A stretch of 64,000 nucleotides of DNA, taken from NCBI GenBank assembly GCA_002633005.1, contig NMRA01000149.1:440192-504191 (forward strand), given 5' to 3'. Under the pieces are notes generated by a model. It worked only from the letters and a program-made list of their open reading frames with translations. It was not told where the DNA came from and searched no databases. A program made the position numbers and the translations under genes. Every line of letters starts with the position of its first letter. Within the stretch, counting starts at the first letter, position 1. The stretch is from Phoronis australis. Its lineage: Eukaryota; Animalia; Phoronida. Below are positions 35,561-51,027 of the stretch, piece by piece.

Positions 35561-38500
35561 GAAGATCCTCGATTTATCAAAGGTCGTAAGTCCGGTCGTA
35601 GGTAAAACGATAGTAGGCACGTGCAAGCGCGATCCTGCTGATTTTTTCATGAGACGGCAACGTTGCAACTGACGTTAAAGTGACAGAATCGGCTTGAATA
35701 AAATGAGTAAAATTTAACAAAATTACACTACTTTATCTCAGACAATATTTCAAGAGATGCTCGCATTTTTTCATTAAAAATCTTTCGTATTTGAAGAGAT
35801 GGCTCCCCCAGTGTGCTTTAGCTATTCGCCTCTTTTTCACATTCTCTCAAGAAATTAGTCCTCGAAATTTTTCACGCTGGTTTTGATCGTCACCCAAAAT
35901 CAAAGAAACAGCTCATGAGGGTCTTAGCCTCGATTTTAGTTAACTTTGACTTGAACCTTTTTTTTCGGAATCTGCGATTTAATAAGAAAATTCCATAAAC
36001 AGAACAGATTTTGCTGTTTTATAGTTCTGATCAAAGTTAATAACTTTAAGAAGTCAATTCTAACCTAAAATAACTTCCAAAATGCGTTTTTACGATAAAA
36101 CCGATAAACGGTAACTCCTTGGCGTATTGATCCAAGGAGAGTGGCTCAGTTTGAACTACTATAAAACAGGCGATGTCAAGGATATTGCTTAAAATGACAT
36201 TCCATGCACTCATCTAAGATCATTCTTCATTTAGTATAAACTGCGGAGTACAAAGCTCTTTCTTTGCAAGGATTAATTTTTGAAATAATTGGCTGCGAGT
36301 AGACATCACCGGACATCTTTGCACGGATGATCTGGGTCAAGAAAATGGGTCAACTTGGTGTGCTCTATAAACAGGATTAGTCCTAGTAAAAAAGCAAGTT
36401 TTACGTGAGATCATTGAGTTTGAAATTGTATATTTAATAGTACAAAATGATAACCTCTATAACATTAGTAAACAAATGGGATTGACCTATTACGAATGAA
36501 GATCGCGCATATTGATATGAAGAATTGTGGCGATTTTCACTCAGTTTGTGCATGAACATGATTGTTTTGGAACTTTTAACCACAGATAAATGTTTATTTT
36601 AAAAATTGCTAATTTTTTATAAGATTTGCGTTTAGTAAACGAGTAACGTTAATGAACTTATTGCAAACTAACCCAATATTCTGGACTAAGTACCTTTGAT
36701 AAACTAACAAACTAACCGAATATACCAGACTTAAGACTTTTGGTAAGTCGAGGCCCTGATTCGTTAGCATTTGTGCATCGCCAATAAGCAAGTCTGGCTA
36801 CGTTCTACCACTGTATCTAGCTTATTGGTTCTACTCACCTCCAGGTTTTGGCATTACATCCCGTTTTAGTCTACACCATATCAGGGTGGCAATTTGGCTT
36901 TGACTAATTGTCTTTGATATGCTGGTGCCGTGATGAGCGGAAAGGAGAAAATGTGTTTTAGATAGAAACATCTTGTTAACTTTGGCTACGGGTAATTTAC
37001 CCGGCCTAAGTCTTGAATTTGTGTGTGTAAATTATGATAAATATTCAGATTTAATTCAATTTTATTCATATGACAGCAAAAACTATTTTAATGTGGCCGC
37101 TACAACTGCTACCAGCATTGTTTGAACAAAGACGAGAAATGTCTTTAATGACATCTAGAACTAGTCCTAGTGCGGGTCAATTGGCGGGCACGTGATATCT
37201 GTCTTAAAACAAAAAAAAAACGGCAATGACCTTCACTTTTAACGAGTTGACTTTTATCGTTAACGGCACTTCAAGAAACCTTCTTCAGGGAAATACTGTC
37301 CAAATTTGACTAACTTCCGCCGGTACATCGTATCGCAATAATGGCTGATCGAAGTGAAATTGAACTTTCGGCCAGTGCACTGTATGCGCTGTTCTCCAAA
37401 ACAGTTCGGGGGATTGTTTTTAAAAACCTCGTCTTTGGGGTAAGGGTCTATAATAAGTGTGACTTTTAGGATTTTTGCAAAACAAATCAAGAGATACAAT
37501 AAAAAGAAAACTAAACCATTATTTAAAAAAGTGGGATTTCTTCTTGAATATTCGAATGAAATGAACTCGGTCATGTTATAGATACACTTGTTTTGCTACG
37601 AGAGTACATTTCCCAAATAAGTGTAAATTCAAAAGCATATTTCACAGGCTTCAAATAATAACTGAGTTGAAGTCTATAATTTTGAAAATATTTGACTAAA
37701 TATACAAACTTGTTGTTAATGTCTCACATGCGGGCATCTGAAAAAGAGAATCTGCAAGTGGCTTGACTAGATTGGTCTTTTCAGGGTTTTTTCAGTTTAT
37801 TGTAGTTGTTGCCATGACACAGTGAGGAAATTATCATGGAATACGACATGAATAGAAGGGGCTTACTATTCCGGAGATGCAACATGAAAAGTCGAGTTTT
37901 TATTCGCAATATTCTCGGTGCTCCTCCTTGCATTATCTCCCGTGTTGACGACGCAAACTAACAAGTTCACGGTTTTTTGTACATTTTTCATTTCAGTTGT
38001 CAAAACGTTAAAATTGTTAGGTGGTTAAAATACGTTTTTGTCAGTGCGGTTAAATATTTCGTTAATGCTACCACAGATTATAACAGGAGACCCACAGACT
38101 TCGCATTCTTTGTAAAAGGATCTAGTTTTTTCAATTTTTGCTTAACGAATTATACGCATCTCTATGCGTGCGTTCCGTAGCAGCGCCCTCACGAGGTGAC
38201 CGAACTAAGGCATGGATAATGTTCTCCTTGAGTTCCTCCGTGCTTGTCTCTTCCACTGGGATCAAAATAAAGACTAATCTTACGTAGACGTTCATTTTGC
38301 CACAGAGGCTGACTGATGATGAAGTATGCCAATCGCAGAAGTTGGATATCACGTAGTTATGACTTCTGATTTAAATATAACAGATTATTTTGCAAGCACT
38401 ATTTGAAAAGCATAAGCAATAGGACCGTCCCAGATCACACACAGCGCCGGACACTCGAATCTCGCTGTATTTGCCAACAATGCCGTAAACATCCGTCAGG

Positions 38501-41500
38501 CACATTTGCTATCTCGTTTTTGTACCACTGGAGTTTCACATGTTATTTGTTGTCGTTTGATTCTTTACAAGTTTTTCTCGGTTGCGCTGCTCTAGTCGCC
38601 CTCCCAATGCCAACGAAGTATTATTGCTGTGCTGTGAGTTGCAACTCCGACGTGAAAAAGTTTGATAAATAGGACAAATGCCCGTGGATGGGTGATTTGA
38701 AATTCGACATCAATGTGAGACACGAAAATGACCCAGATATCCAAACTAGGCCATGCGCTTTCTTATCTCCCGGACAAGGGAGAGTTCTATCGCTGTGTAA
38801 TCCGGGACGGCCCTACTACTCATATTCTAGACAGCAAGTTGAACCTACGCATTCTCAGGATCACAGCGCTGAATTTAGGACCACAGGGAGAAAATGACCT
38901 ACGCATTGTGTATTTAACTCAGAGTATATGAACTGTAAAGTGCATTGAATGATGATTTCAATATGAGACACATCAGTCAAAAATAACTGGTCTATCTACT
39001 GGAATTGCCAAATAGACATGCATGCATAAAACACAAAATTTTCGATCCCAACACATTTGATTTCCCGGCGTCTGATTTATAAGCCTGACAAGGAACTATT
39101 TATCCATGCATTTTATTGCGTCGCCGTCGCTGACCCCATCAGCGTGTTGTTTTCTAAGACGTTTAAAAGAAGCACCTACACTTAACAAAATTAGATTAAA
39201 TTAATTTCGCTAATGATCGCTTAACGACTTCACAAATGTTGATATATATGTCTAATTGTTTTGAACGTGTTACCAAACCGGGTATTTTGCGTGCGTTTGA
39301 TCATTTAACCTCAGTGATAATTAACGTGATATTTCTTCTGATTACGCTCATGTCAAAGGAGTGTCAAATGATGACTGGCTCATTTTGTTTGAGTGCCCAC
39401 TTATATTTCTAAAACGTTTACATAAAAATTGTTACAATATATTGTTTTCTTTTGCAGTATCGACAAGGACATGCTACAGAGGTCACGAGTAGGGGTTGGT
39501 GATACAGAACTTAACGCTTATAGTGTTGAATTAAAATTGAAATTTTACATAATTGAGACTGATTCACAATTCTTTTTAAGAATAATCAAAAATCGTAATC
39601 TGCGATAAAAGTTATGGGCCCTGGGTTTTTTTTTGTAAAACCGCCGTTCCCGTCATCTCACTTAAGCAAAAACATCTGAACTTGCACGATGCAAATTTGT
39701 GTAAAAATACCATTTTAATCCTTTATTTCTCGTTGTGACAACAACACCTACCGTCATATTATGGAACGATTTTCATGCCAAGCACCGGTTACACCGAATA
39801 AATGACCAGGTTATGGCTGAATTTTTTTGTGGATTCGCAGGATAATCGCGAAAAAGCACATGACTGGTGGCGGAAGTCGCAGGTGATCACTGCTTGAAAA
39901 TCCGGCTGAGACCGACTTGAAAATTTTTAGGTCGTTTTTGCTAGCAATGAGGTTCTACCACCACTCTTGACTATCGCACAATCAGTCGTGCAACTGCTCG
40001 TGCCACCGAGTTCTTTTAGCACTAGTGGCACGACTTTACGATTGGCCGTGCTATCAGTTCTGCGATTATTTTCTTGGTGAGTGTTGTGGTCCAGCTCTCA
40101 AGAGGTCTGTGCATCCATCTCACCTGTCGACTAGCTCTTCACAAAGTTTCACAGACCTAGTAGCTCCCTATCTGCTACTGGTACCTGAACACTTGCAGCG
40201 CATTCGGTGATTGTACAACTGTGTCCTTGCTACGTCCTTTCTGTTTTGCAGGCATATTACGTTAAGATGACAGTTTAGGTTCTTTTTCATTGGGTCACAT
40301 TGGTATAACGAGTGGTCCAGGGTGAGTTTGAATTGTCTGGCATATTTCTGTACCAGGAATTTCCACAGACACGCACCCCCAAATATCGGCCCATGGGTCT
40401 ATATTCAGAAAATTGTCCGAATGTAGGCCCATGACTCACAACTAAACATTTCTACGGTTTGTGGGGTTTCCCAAAATGGATAGCGCCAAAGCGTTATGAA
40501 AAGCACGTGGCTTATTTACAAAACAAACTTAATTAGCGGTGCCACTGGTACTGCAGACTTTAAATAGCCGGGTTTTACGAACAAAAATCACGTTTTGGGA
40601 TTACTTTGGGTTTGTCGTTGGATGGGATAGATTTCGTGGAGATAACTTTTACTAGAACTATGAAACAACAAAACCTGTCGTGTTTTGTGATCTTAGTGCA
40701 TCACGTCAACTCTCACTGCTGTCTGCCAGACATTCTCTAGAATCAAGATCGGGCGGACGACTTGAACAGTTAAATACGCTTAAAATAACCTACCGGTTGT
40801 TATCGATTGAGGTTTATATCCACCAGTAAAGGTGTATCTCAAAACAAGTAAAATGTGTATCAAGAGCAAGCACTTTGACAAGGTTGGCCAACTCGTCAAA
40901 AATTGGGCCGTTTCAAGTCAATGCCAAGCGACTCGTTAATTACTTTGGATGATAAAAAAACCAATTGCTATCGGAAAAAAACTTTCAAATAAATTATATA
41001 CTTTTCAAACTAAAGCCATCTTTCTGAATCATCGAAATACTATGAACCACCTATTTGCTACTCTCGTTTTTAACCATTTTGAATTCCTCATCGTAAGAAT
41101 TTCCTTATTAAAGTGGCATAGAACGTAAATTGCATTATTCAAAATGGATCTCTCTCACTGAAACAAAAGTCAAACTGTTTGTCAGGTATCTTTACCGTTT
41201 GTTCGCAAAAATTTTGTCCTGTTGATGTCAAAGCATTTTTCGTTTAGTTCCAAGTTTCTTTTCTTCGATTTTACTCCAACACGGCAAAGCACCTCTTCTA
41301 ATTTGGTATGGTAAAACATAGACGTAACATATTTCCCTTATATGGAAAATACCACCTTTGACCTTTGAAGTAAAAAAACAATGGCGATTTCAAGCATCAG
41401 CCATTTTGACTTCTTCATCTGTGTTTCTGAAATAGCGCGTCTGATTTTTTTCCTAGAAATTCTTGCAATATTCAAAGTGAATAACTCTCACGTTACCATC

Positions 41501-44005
41501 CCTAAGAAAGTGGTTCGCCACAATCTGTTTAAAAAGTATTTTCATGATTTTTCGCGTTCCTTGCCTCTTCAAAAATGTTCAAACTGTATTCAACTTCTCT
41601 CTGAATTTTTTGAAATTGAATAGCAATAAAACAGAAGGTGAACTTACTTCTTTGAGTATTTATTGTGGCACAGCCAGATGGGTCACTGGTCGCTGATTAC
41701 CATGCTGATTTCCTTGATCAGTAGCACGACTGGCCACTGACAGTGGTTGTTCGACCAATGATCGTCTGCATTAATCTCACGACTGACGTGTGATCGACTG
41801 CACAACCGATCCTGCAACCTGTCGCGGAGTCTGATCCTGCGGCTGCCAGATCATTCATCAGTCGCACGATCAAATAGTCGTGCGATTCCGTTTGACTGAA
41901 GTAGTCTTCAAAAGGCGGGGGAAGTCGGGTACCTTCGAAATGCTAGTCACCCGAGGACCTTATGTCACGTTGCAGAACGTGCACGGTACCTGAGCAGTAA
42001 CGGCATGACACTGCGACATGACACTGTAAACATTAAAAATGGGTAATGAATCCACACCTTCTGCCAAAAAGCTTTTGATATAGACCATTTAACGTTATGA
42101 AATCGGCCTCACCTTGTTCCTAATACTCGGATTAGAAACTATCTTAAGTCTTGAGAACAACCGACGAGTCGTTACTGCTACAGGTCAGTTCATGAAGTTT
42201 GTCACGGCGGGTTGATGTTAGCCACTAGCAGTAAGACCTTGACTTCCAAGGTAAATACAAGCTTTTTTCGTAACTAATTTCAATTGCCGGAAAGGATAAG
42301 AACACAGTGATATTGCTTCCGAAGAGCAAACACGCGAGTGAAGATAATAACCGTTTTTAACAGCATAACACGACTCCAATTTGTTAGGAAATATTCGATT
42401 TTCAGTTTTTGGGGGTAGATTAGCTTTTACCCTAATTCCCAATGCGCTGAAGATAAAAGCCAGACGGAGAATTTTTATGCAATAGCTGACTAAAATACAT
42501 TAAGTCACCCAAAGTTCTCGGTAATGACGTGCACACGATCAGCTACTATCAATATAATTTACGTTATTCTGACGACGAGCTGACGTGACATTATCCTGCG
42601 TGAATAACACGACTATATTTGGAATGAAACAGCTCAATATCTCTAGAAAATATACAGGATTAGAACTTAGGAGAAATACAATGTTAAATTTCAAGGGTAC
42701 TCGAATGCTTTAGCGCCATGTTAGGCTTAGTATCATTTATATTCAATTAATATCACATGGAAACTATAAGCAAACCTGTCACAAGGCGGAGAAAGGATCG
42801 AATAATAAGACATCAATAAATAAAATTGTTCCCTTTAAGTATATCAGTGACAGCTGCGAAAACATTGGTTCATTACAAATAAAATGATTTCACATTGGCT
42901 CAGAATTGTTAAAATCCGCTTCCAACGTAATCTTTAACAAGAACACAGAATAGTAATTATGGAAACTGTCACCATTTTGCCAGAGTGCTGTGCAGTCAGT
43001 GGAAGTGCTTTCTGAATTATGATATGCGTTAGTAATGCAAATGCACGTTTTTGCATTGGTCTACTGAAGAATATACCGCACTGTTACTCGTTGGTATTGA
43101 CTGGGGTAGAAATTTGAGTACTCGATAATACCTTCACAGATTTTATGAGAACCAACTTGGAAGCCCAACAAAAGATTTTTGTCAAATACTGGTTTTGTAT
43201 TGTCAACAGAGGGCGGGTCATCGGGTAAATCCTCTTTCATAGTAGATTTTATCTGTCCCTCACCGTTGTATTCTTACACTCGGTGCTTGTCCGTGTATTT
43301 TAATGAATATCGATCCGTTCGATTTCGCTAGTCTTCTACAGCAATGTATAACTGACGAGGGTCGGGAGAATATCCATAGCCAGGCACAAATAAATAACAC
43401 AAATTGAGAACCACACATTTTTATTTATTAAAATTAACACAACAATGTAAGAACAAAACAGATCCAGCAAAATTGCCACATCCCGGAATCAACTCTCCTC
43501 TTTGAGGAGGGGGATAAACATTTCAGTGACCTAGTTTTCAAAAGGTGGATTCGTTAACATACTCCTGAGCTGAGTTTAACAAATGAAAAACGATATATTG
43601 CAACACAATGAGTTGCTCAATTTTTTATGTCTGCAATGTAATTTACTATACAACAGCAAGGCATTACTCGCATTGTAATGGTGAATGGCGATTCCATGTT
43701 ATGATTAGCACGGCGTTATTGGGACAAATGTTTCCTACTGACGCGCAGCATTGTGGGGTGAATACCGTAGAATCAAAGAGGGCTCTGTAGTAGTTTGGGA
43801 AGTGAGGATTTTATGACATTTTTCCAGCGATAAGTTAGACCGTGTGCTTACTACACAAAAAAATCAAAGGAGTGAAATGTAATTTAACCAAAGACTCTTT
43901 TTGTAATTATTCGACTGATTCAAGTGCGAGTGTAGATAGGAGGTGACTCGTACCTATCCACTGCTAAGCATGTTTTAACCTAGGCACACAAATTGAGCAA
44001 TGAAA

Positions 44006-44010
<5 letters not shown>

Positions 44011-44067
<57 letters not shown>
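44011..44067. repeat. (TC)n microsatellite
   Basis: Directly visible. Confidence 0.98.
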
Positions 44068-44069
<2 letters not shown>

Positions 44070-46481
44070 TAACCCATAACATCGGATCCACGACTGACAA
44101 CAATGAAGCTACATGTATAATACATTTGTTGCACACGCTTTCTAAAAATCAAATGTGAAGAAGTACATCAGTATAATGCCCAACTAAACAATCTAAAGGT
44201 GGTTGAAAATGGATCTTTTTCAAAAAGCAATCACAAAAGTGCTGAGAGTGAACCTGCACTAACAAAATGATACGAATAACGTAGATTGAATGGTTCAGTA
44301 ACTTTGATGGATAATTTCTATGCAGAGACAAGGAAGGGCTTAGGCGGATTTTAGATTGTCACGTTGTTGGTGACGCAGAGAATGTTGGAATAATGCCACG
44401 TGCTCGAACGCTTGTTACAGTAGAAGTCATCTTACGCGACCACGTGCGGATTAGCGAAACGGGAGAGAACAGCGACTTTAGTAGTTTATCCTCTCGAAAG
44501 ATACGTTTTGATAATGGTTTCCTTTCTTTTTAATAAAGATCCTTCTTCACCAATGTGCTTTGATAACTATTGTCATCTCCTTAAATAACGAAATGTAGCA
44601 AGTATTCGTGTCAAATATTCTTCTGGTGTGCTATTGTTAAATATTTATCTTCTTATGATATCAAAACATTTTTAATAAACCTCTCAACTCTAGACGCTAG
44701 TCAACTTCATACCGGAACGCCTCGGGAGACGGTGACAATTCGTAAGAGATCGCGTTTCCTTCAGAGAGTCTAGCTAATGGCTGTAGACAATTAAGCCTTA
44801 TCTGCAATGTTTTCAAAGGAAACTTTGATTTCTTTTTAGCGCTTGTATTTCAATTGCTGTGCAGTGAGCGTGAAGAGAAACTCTACGGGCAACTGAACGA
44901 CGAGGTATCAACCATGTTTCAGTTTGTTTTATAATGTCGAGTGTACTATTACTGAAGATAATCTATTTTGTTTTTAATTGTCGTGGCTTAATTGCAGTTT
45001 TGCACTAATTAGAAGTTTTATATCAAAGTGAACGTGTTTCATGTCTACTGAAAATCATTCGAAAATTACTGTCATCTATGACTGTCGTCCTACGCCATGT
45101 AATAAAAAACGTTTTGTGGCTGTTAATAAGTTCAGTGTTAAGTGCCTGGGCTAGATAATTTCAATTAATTTTTTAAGGTGTATTATATTTTCCGTGTTAT
45201 GCGATTAACTGTGTAGAGAAACATTCCTCAACACAACTGGAAGATAATATAGATGATTTCTAAGGCGTTTCATGGATTTATCTTAATTTTATAATCAGCG
45301 AGGTCATAACCATGATCATGGCGTTCGGTAGACAACTGTCACAAAATGTGTATTGAAAAGGAATTTCCGCAAGCATCTCGATGTACGACAAAGTATCTCC
45401 AAATTCAAGATATAATCTCACAGTCAATTGAAATTTCACTCCAAAATTGTATTTCACAATACTCTTGCCGAATACGAGGAATGTTTGTTAAGGAAACATT
45501 TTTGATTTTACTTGACTACAATTTTCTTTCTTGTAAGCACCTTGATATTTTTATTCATAAATAAAAGTGCATGTGCATCGTATTGCTTTATGTTGCTAAG
45601 CGTTTTACAGCCAATTGCTTTTTTGATTTTAAATTAGTATTTTGGAGCACGTGAATACGGGCTTACATAATATCAACACTGATATAAATTTAAAACAAAA
45701 CACAAATGTCTCATAAATGGTACTACGGTGACAAAGTTGTAGAGCGCATGTCATTTATGATGGCTAGCTGCGCGTGACTTGTTTTATATCTGTAATCATT
45801 TTGCTCATCACAAAATGAATTACAGCAACGTATGTTTAGTACTAATCGTTTCTCACAATTTTCATGCTGGCAGACAACGCTCAATTAGAATTCATTTGAT
45901 GACAAAACAGAAGACAACATCAAAATTGTGCCAATAGCTTTTCAGTAAGGTGGGATAAGAGCGTGGCTGTAATAGAGACTTCCAATGGAACGTTTTTGTA
46001 TCATGAAACGTGTCGAAAGATCATGCGTACAAGTCGATACGCGTGTATCTCACTGTCAACGATACGTTTCAGTAATCCGGCGCAACGCAAAGTAGCCGCC
46101 ATGCCGAAAACACCAAATATCAGTCTGCTCGAACAAGTGACATTGTGACACTTATTACAGGATATTTTTGCAAAATTGTGAATATGTGGGTGTTCTACAT
46201 ATTCCAAAGGTACTTTGGTCTTGGATTTTGCCCTCAAAAATCTTTGACGAAATTAAAAATTAGATACGAAAAGGGGTTGCTACGAGACTAATTTTAACGT
46301 TTTGAAAGCACGCTACTCAGATCCCATATCATATCTGTATCACGTGATCTTGACGTCATAGACCATATGTGCGGAAAATCGATCTCAAAGGTATCACTGA
46401 AAGTGCCTAATCAGAATGTCATCTCCTTCGGTGTTTTCAATTTTCTATTTCAGAAGCAGAGAGCATTTTTTCCTCAGGCGA

Positions 46482-46537
<56 letters not shown>
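46482..46537. repeat. (CAT)n microsatellite
   Basis: Directly visible. Confidence 0.98.
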
Positions 46538-47756
46538 CTGTCATCTCTGTACATTTAGAGTATCATTAAACCTGCTTTTTGATTGAGATCATCTATCGCC
46601 ACAATATTGGACTCAACTTGTTCTTTACTCAGACGAGTAATTATTTTTGGTTTTGCGTGGAACTGACAATTCGTTACTACTCGAGAACATGAATAGCGAA
46701 TAAAATGACACGCCGCGATAAGTCAACTCGTGGAGCCTTATTTTAAGCAATAATGATCTCTCAATCCTTCCCCAGCACATAAATCACACCTATTTTGAAT
46801 AAGAAACAATTCAAGACCAATTTTATAACAGTAAGTGTCTAAATTAAACTTTTCTTTGTCACGGAATGCAGGTTTATCTGCTTTCGCCGTAGTCATCATC
46901 GTCGTCGTCGTCGTCATCAGCATCATCAATTACAGATTTAATAGTTTACAAATGATTAGTTCTGGCACATTGTTGGTTTGTGAATTACAAATTAATTTTA
47001 CACAATTTGGCACAGACCGTATTCTTAAATATGGCCTCAAGGTGGCCTGTAATGAAATGACCTAATAACTCGTCCATGACCCCTATGCCCTGGGCTTTCA
47101 ATTTGAGGCTGAACGGTAATTTAAATTCTGACAATCACACCTTGCAAAACGTTTTATGTAAACTCAGCTTGGTTATTCCCTTTATTAAATTACCCTTTTG
47201 CGCAACAAACGCGTGGGGCCATCTGATCTATGTGATCACGTGGCAATTTTTAATCGTCAATTTGGTGTGAAGTGCTCACATGCCCACAAACAATCCATTA
47301 TACGCCTACTAACGAATATTTTCTGTTTCCCAGTCATTGAACGTGGATACAAAATGATATTAAGTTGTTGTTGTGTGCCTGTTAGAAAGCGGTTTTAGCA
47401 GGACTGTGTAGAGTAAAATTTATTTTGAGAATGAATCTGCGTTCCGTCAAAGAAGCGACCGTGTGATTTTGACCATTTATGAAATTGGTTTCAACTTATT
47501 CCTTACTCGGATGAGAAGTGATTTCTCGGCTTGCAGTACGTTATTCTTTTAGATCATGCTCTGTGCTTAAAATGACACGCCATGACAAGCCAACATGTAG
47601 AGCCTAGACTCGAACAATAAAACTTTTGAAAAATCTGAATTCACCATTAATTTGACTAAGGAAATTTTGAGACCAGTTTCAGAACGGTAAGGAATCCAAA
47701 TCAAAATTTGTTTTTATGATAGAAGGCGGGTTTAGTGGCGCCTTAGCGATACTTAA

Positions 47757-48011
47757 AGTGGCTGTGAACTCGCGTACTCAAACGAGAAGTGATTTATGGT
47801 CACAACTGATGCTGACAGTTCGTTTTTGCTAGAGACCATGTTCGGCGAGTAGAGTGTCACGCCGTGACAAGTCAACTTGCCTGGTATCATTTTTTGAAAC
47901 CGAGAAATCACATCTATTTTGACTAAGGATAATTTCAAGACCAATTTCATAACGGCAAGTGGTCTAAATCAAAGCTTGTTTTTTGTGACGGAAAGTGGGT
48001 TTATAGCCTCT
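47757..48011 (+). mobile_element. Kolobok-type MITE with both ends intact; related copies at about 46565-46880, 47430-47745 and 59425-59550
   Basis: TTAA|AGTGGCTGTGAACTC ... GGGTTTATAGCCTCT|TTAA (imperfect 15-bp TIR, TTAA TSD). Confidence 0.8.
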
Positions 48012-49546
48012 TTAAATGAACGCTTTCTTTTGGTTACTTTTCTGCAACACAGAGTGGGATTCGGAAGCGATATAACAAGTGGTTTGTTGAACATAAAATA
48101 GTCTAAGACTTTTATTTCTTTAGTAACGAAGCTCGTTTTTGAACTTGATATGAAGTCTTTGAACTTACGTTACATAATTAAAGTGTTATGGATAACACAC
48201 AACGTGTAGAAAATGCCACTTTGCGTCACTTTTTGCAATTTGTCCACCGTGTCAATTGGATTTTCAACGTAAATTGATGACGTCGATTTATAAGTAACCA
48301 TAAATCACAGGTTTAAACGGGTTGGGAGTATTCAGGATGTTGAAAATACTAAACGGCTTATTAATATCATGCCATGGATGACAAGCGTTTAACTATGAAC
48401 TAGCGTAGAATTCTTTGCTGCTCAAAATTTGAATCTATCCTTTGGTTTATTAAATAGGCGTCGTGTGCCGGTGGGAATTTCCCCAATCTTTTTACGAAAT
48501 GATGCCTTGCCGATTGCGTTTTGAATTTCAACCCAGTTGCTGATGTTTGATAGCAGGTACATGAAATTGGGTCTGGTCCGCACCCGACTCCTTTACTTCG
48601 TTAGTCAACACGTGCATTTATTATCTTTACCGATATCTAGTAAGAGATATCCCTGAATATTAGAGTAACATGTGGGCCATATGCCGGTACTTTCAGGTGA
48701 AAAAAGGCGAGGCAATATCTAATATTATACCATACATGCGTGACTATGGCCATGGAGTACCCCATGGAATACGGAAAGTATAGCCAATCCGTATTCCTTG
48801 GTTGATTCGTATTCTACAGTTGGTGTACCGCCTACTGGTGGAGTAAATGCGAGTGTAGGACGGTAAATTTGATCGATCTTGTTCATTCGGTCTACCTAAA
48901 ACATTCACTCAAGACGTCGTTCCTGAAAAAGTAGTTTTCTGCTCTAAAAACTATGAATTTTCAGCAAATATTTACCGCTGTTGAAAATTTCAACGCACGG
49001 TGATCAAGCAGATATTTTTAGACTAATCGTTATTTTTAATCTGGGTCATCGGAAATAGTCCAAATGTCTACATAACGTCCCCAACAAAATCGAATATATG
49101 CAGTATATTTATAATGAGAACTAAGATATCTACAAGAAATGTCCACCTAATATCCAGTGTATATGTTTTTACCGAAACAATCGTCAGTTCGCAGCGTTCC
49201 TCGACTCTCCTCAACAGTCCTTAGCCGCTCACAAGTTCCGCGATACAGCCACCTATCCAAACAGTTTCCATCGTTATTTCCAGTTGATATGATCTACAGA
49301 GGAAACATTTCTACCCTTATTTCTTTTCCAGAAGTTAAAAAAAGAAAAGCAAACCTAGAAAGCTAGGAAATTCATCGAATCTATCACAACACAGCTGGAC
49401 AGCTGCTTAGTCAATTTTTTCAAATTCTATTGACACTTTTAATTTTATTGAATGGTCCATTGTTTTAACTTGTCTATTACATAAACTGAAAAATCATAAG
49501 AATTTATTAGGAAATAAAACTGTTCTAGTTATTCAACATCATGACT

Positions 49547-49685
49547 CAGTGGCGGATTTACAGGGGGGGGGGGGCAAGTGGGCCATGGCCCCCCGCAAAA
49601 TTCTCCCAGATTCCATTAGGCAGTTCGGGGTGCGAATGTCTGATGGGCAAAATCCTGGCTAATATTCTGCCTGGATGCGCCCGTG
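49547..49685 (+). mobile_element. hAT-like MITE, homologue of 3963-4077
   Basis: CAGTGGCGGATTTA start, degenerate inverse end ctggatgcgcccgtg, tgact on both flanks. Confidence 0.7.
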
Positions 49686-50967
49686 TGACTTGATATTAGA
49701 AAAGGTTGTCCCATAACCGGTGCGGGTTAATCTTAGCTTACATGTGGCGTCATACAACAACATACTGAAGCACGTGGCAGCAAGATATCGCCGCGATGCA
49801 AATTAGCTCGTATATATGGGATAAATAGGTTATCCTACATGCATACGAATACTAACGCGATATGCTATCTCGAAATCATTGGGTCATTCTCAGATGGAAT
49901 GAATTCTCGACAGTGATGGCAATAGTATTCCTATGTATTTGGGTTAACCAGGCATCAAAAGCAATGCCAAGTGTTCATTTCTTCTGATCACCATACTCGT
50001 AAATATGTAAAACGATTCTTTGCCGAACTATTTTTAAACGGTCTCGCAAAATGTCGCTGATTTCAACGTCATTTTGTTTGGTAATTCCTGATGAGCCGAC
50101 GGTTTCGTCACCTGGTGACTGAAACTTGTACATCAAAGCTATCGTCAGGTGGCGCTATATAAAAAGCAAGAAAGGAATCCAGCTCATTTAAGCTGGCAGC
50201 AGTTGGCCTTGTGAAAGAAAAACAAAAAAAACATTCCCACCCACTTTTAGCTGGGGTAAAAAGGAAGACGGACCCCGACTTGTTTTACTTGGCATCAAGT
50301 GACCATTTCTCTTTGAAAAAAATACCGCATTACGTTTCAAAAAGATCAGAATTAATCATACTATTTTTGCCTTAGTTGGTTTTTGTTTACCTGGGCCGAG
50401 TGGGCCTTACATAAAGTAAGTTGATCTCTAACGCCTGGTGCATTTAATTTTTGAAGTAAATGCTGTTTTAGCACGGGCATGAAAGTAACTCGTCAAGCAG
50501 TATTTCTATGCTTGCAGTTAAGTTTCGAGTAGTCAAGGTAAGTTCCTATTTGCTACCCTTTTAAAACTGATTTTTGATACTTGGTCTTTCGTTAGGGATT
50601 TTTCTTGCTGTTCTGAGCGTGTTATCATTCCAAAGGTATTATCTAAGTCGTCAATATAATAACTTTGCCATAAATGACAGTCGCAGTCTCCCTACTTGTT
50701 CCAGTCCCCATGCTCCACCACGCGTTCTGTATCTTGCTCTGCGGCGAAAAATCTTCACTTAGGGAACCCAACCAGTGAGTTTAATCCCACAATTCAGTTC
50801 TCAAACTTCGCTGACGTCAGTAGCCGTGATTTTGCTAGGACAGGCTAGTAAGCTCTCGACTACTCGCAAAACAGTCGCTTTTCCTCGAGTTCTTGCGAGT
50901 TCTTGCGAGATCTTGCCTTTCTCGCAGGAAACTGGATCTACGGAATACTTTTCTGTTCTTAACACAC

Positions 50968-51027
50968 CGGTCGCAACTATTGTTGGGGTCGCCATAAAAG
51001 CCTGCCTCACAACTGTAACATTTAATC
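50968..51027 (-). other. Exon-like segment encoding a laminin-EGF-like motif IKCYSCEAGFYGDPNNSCDR
   Basis: tgttttgtcacag| acceptor and CxxCxxGFYGDPxxxC spacing; weak donor CG|gtgtgt. Confidence 0.45.
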
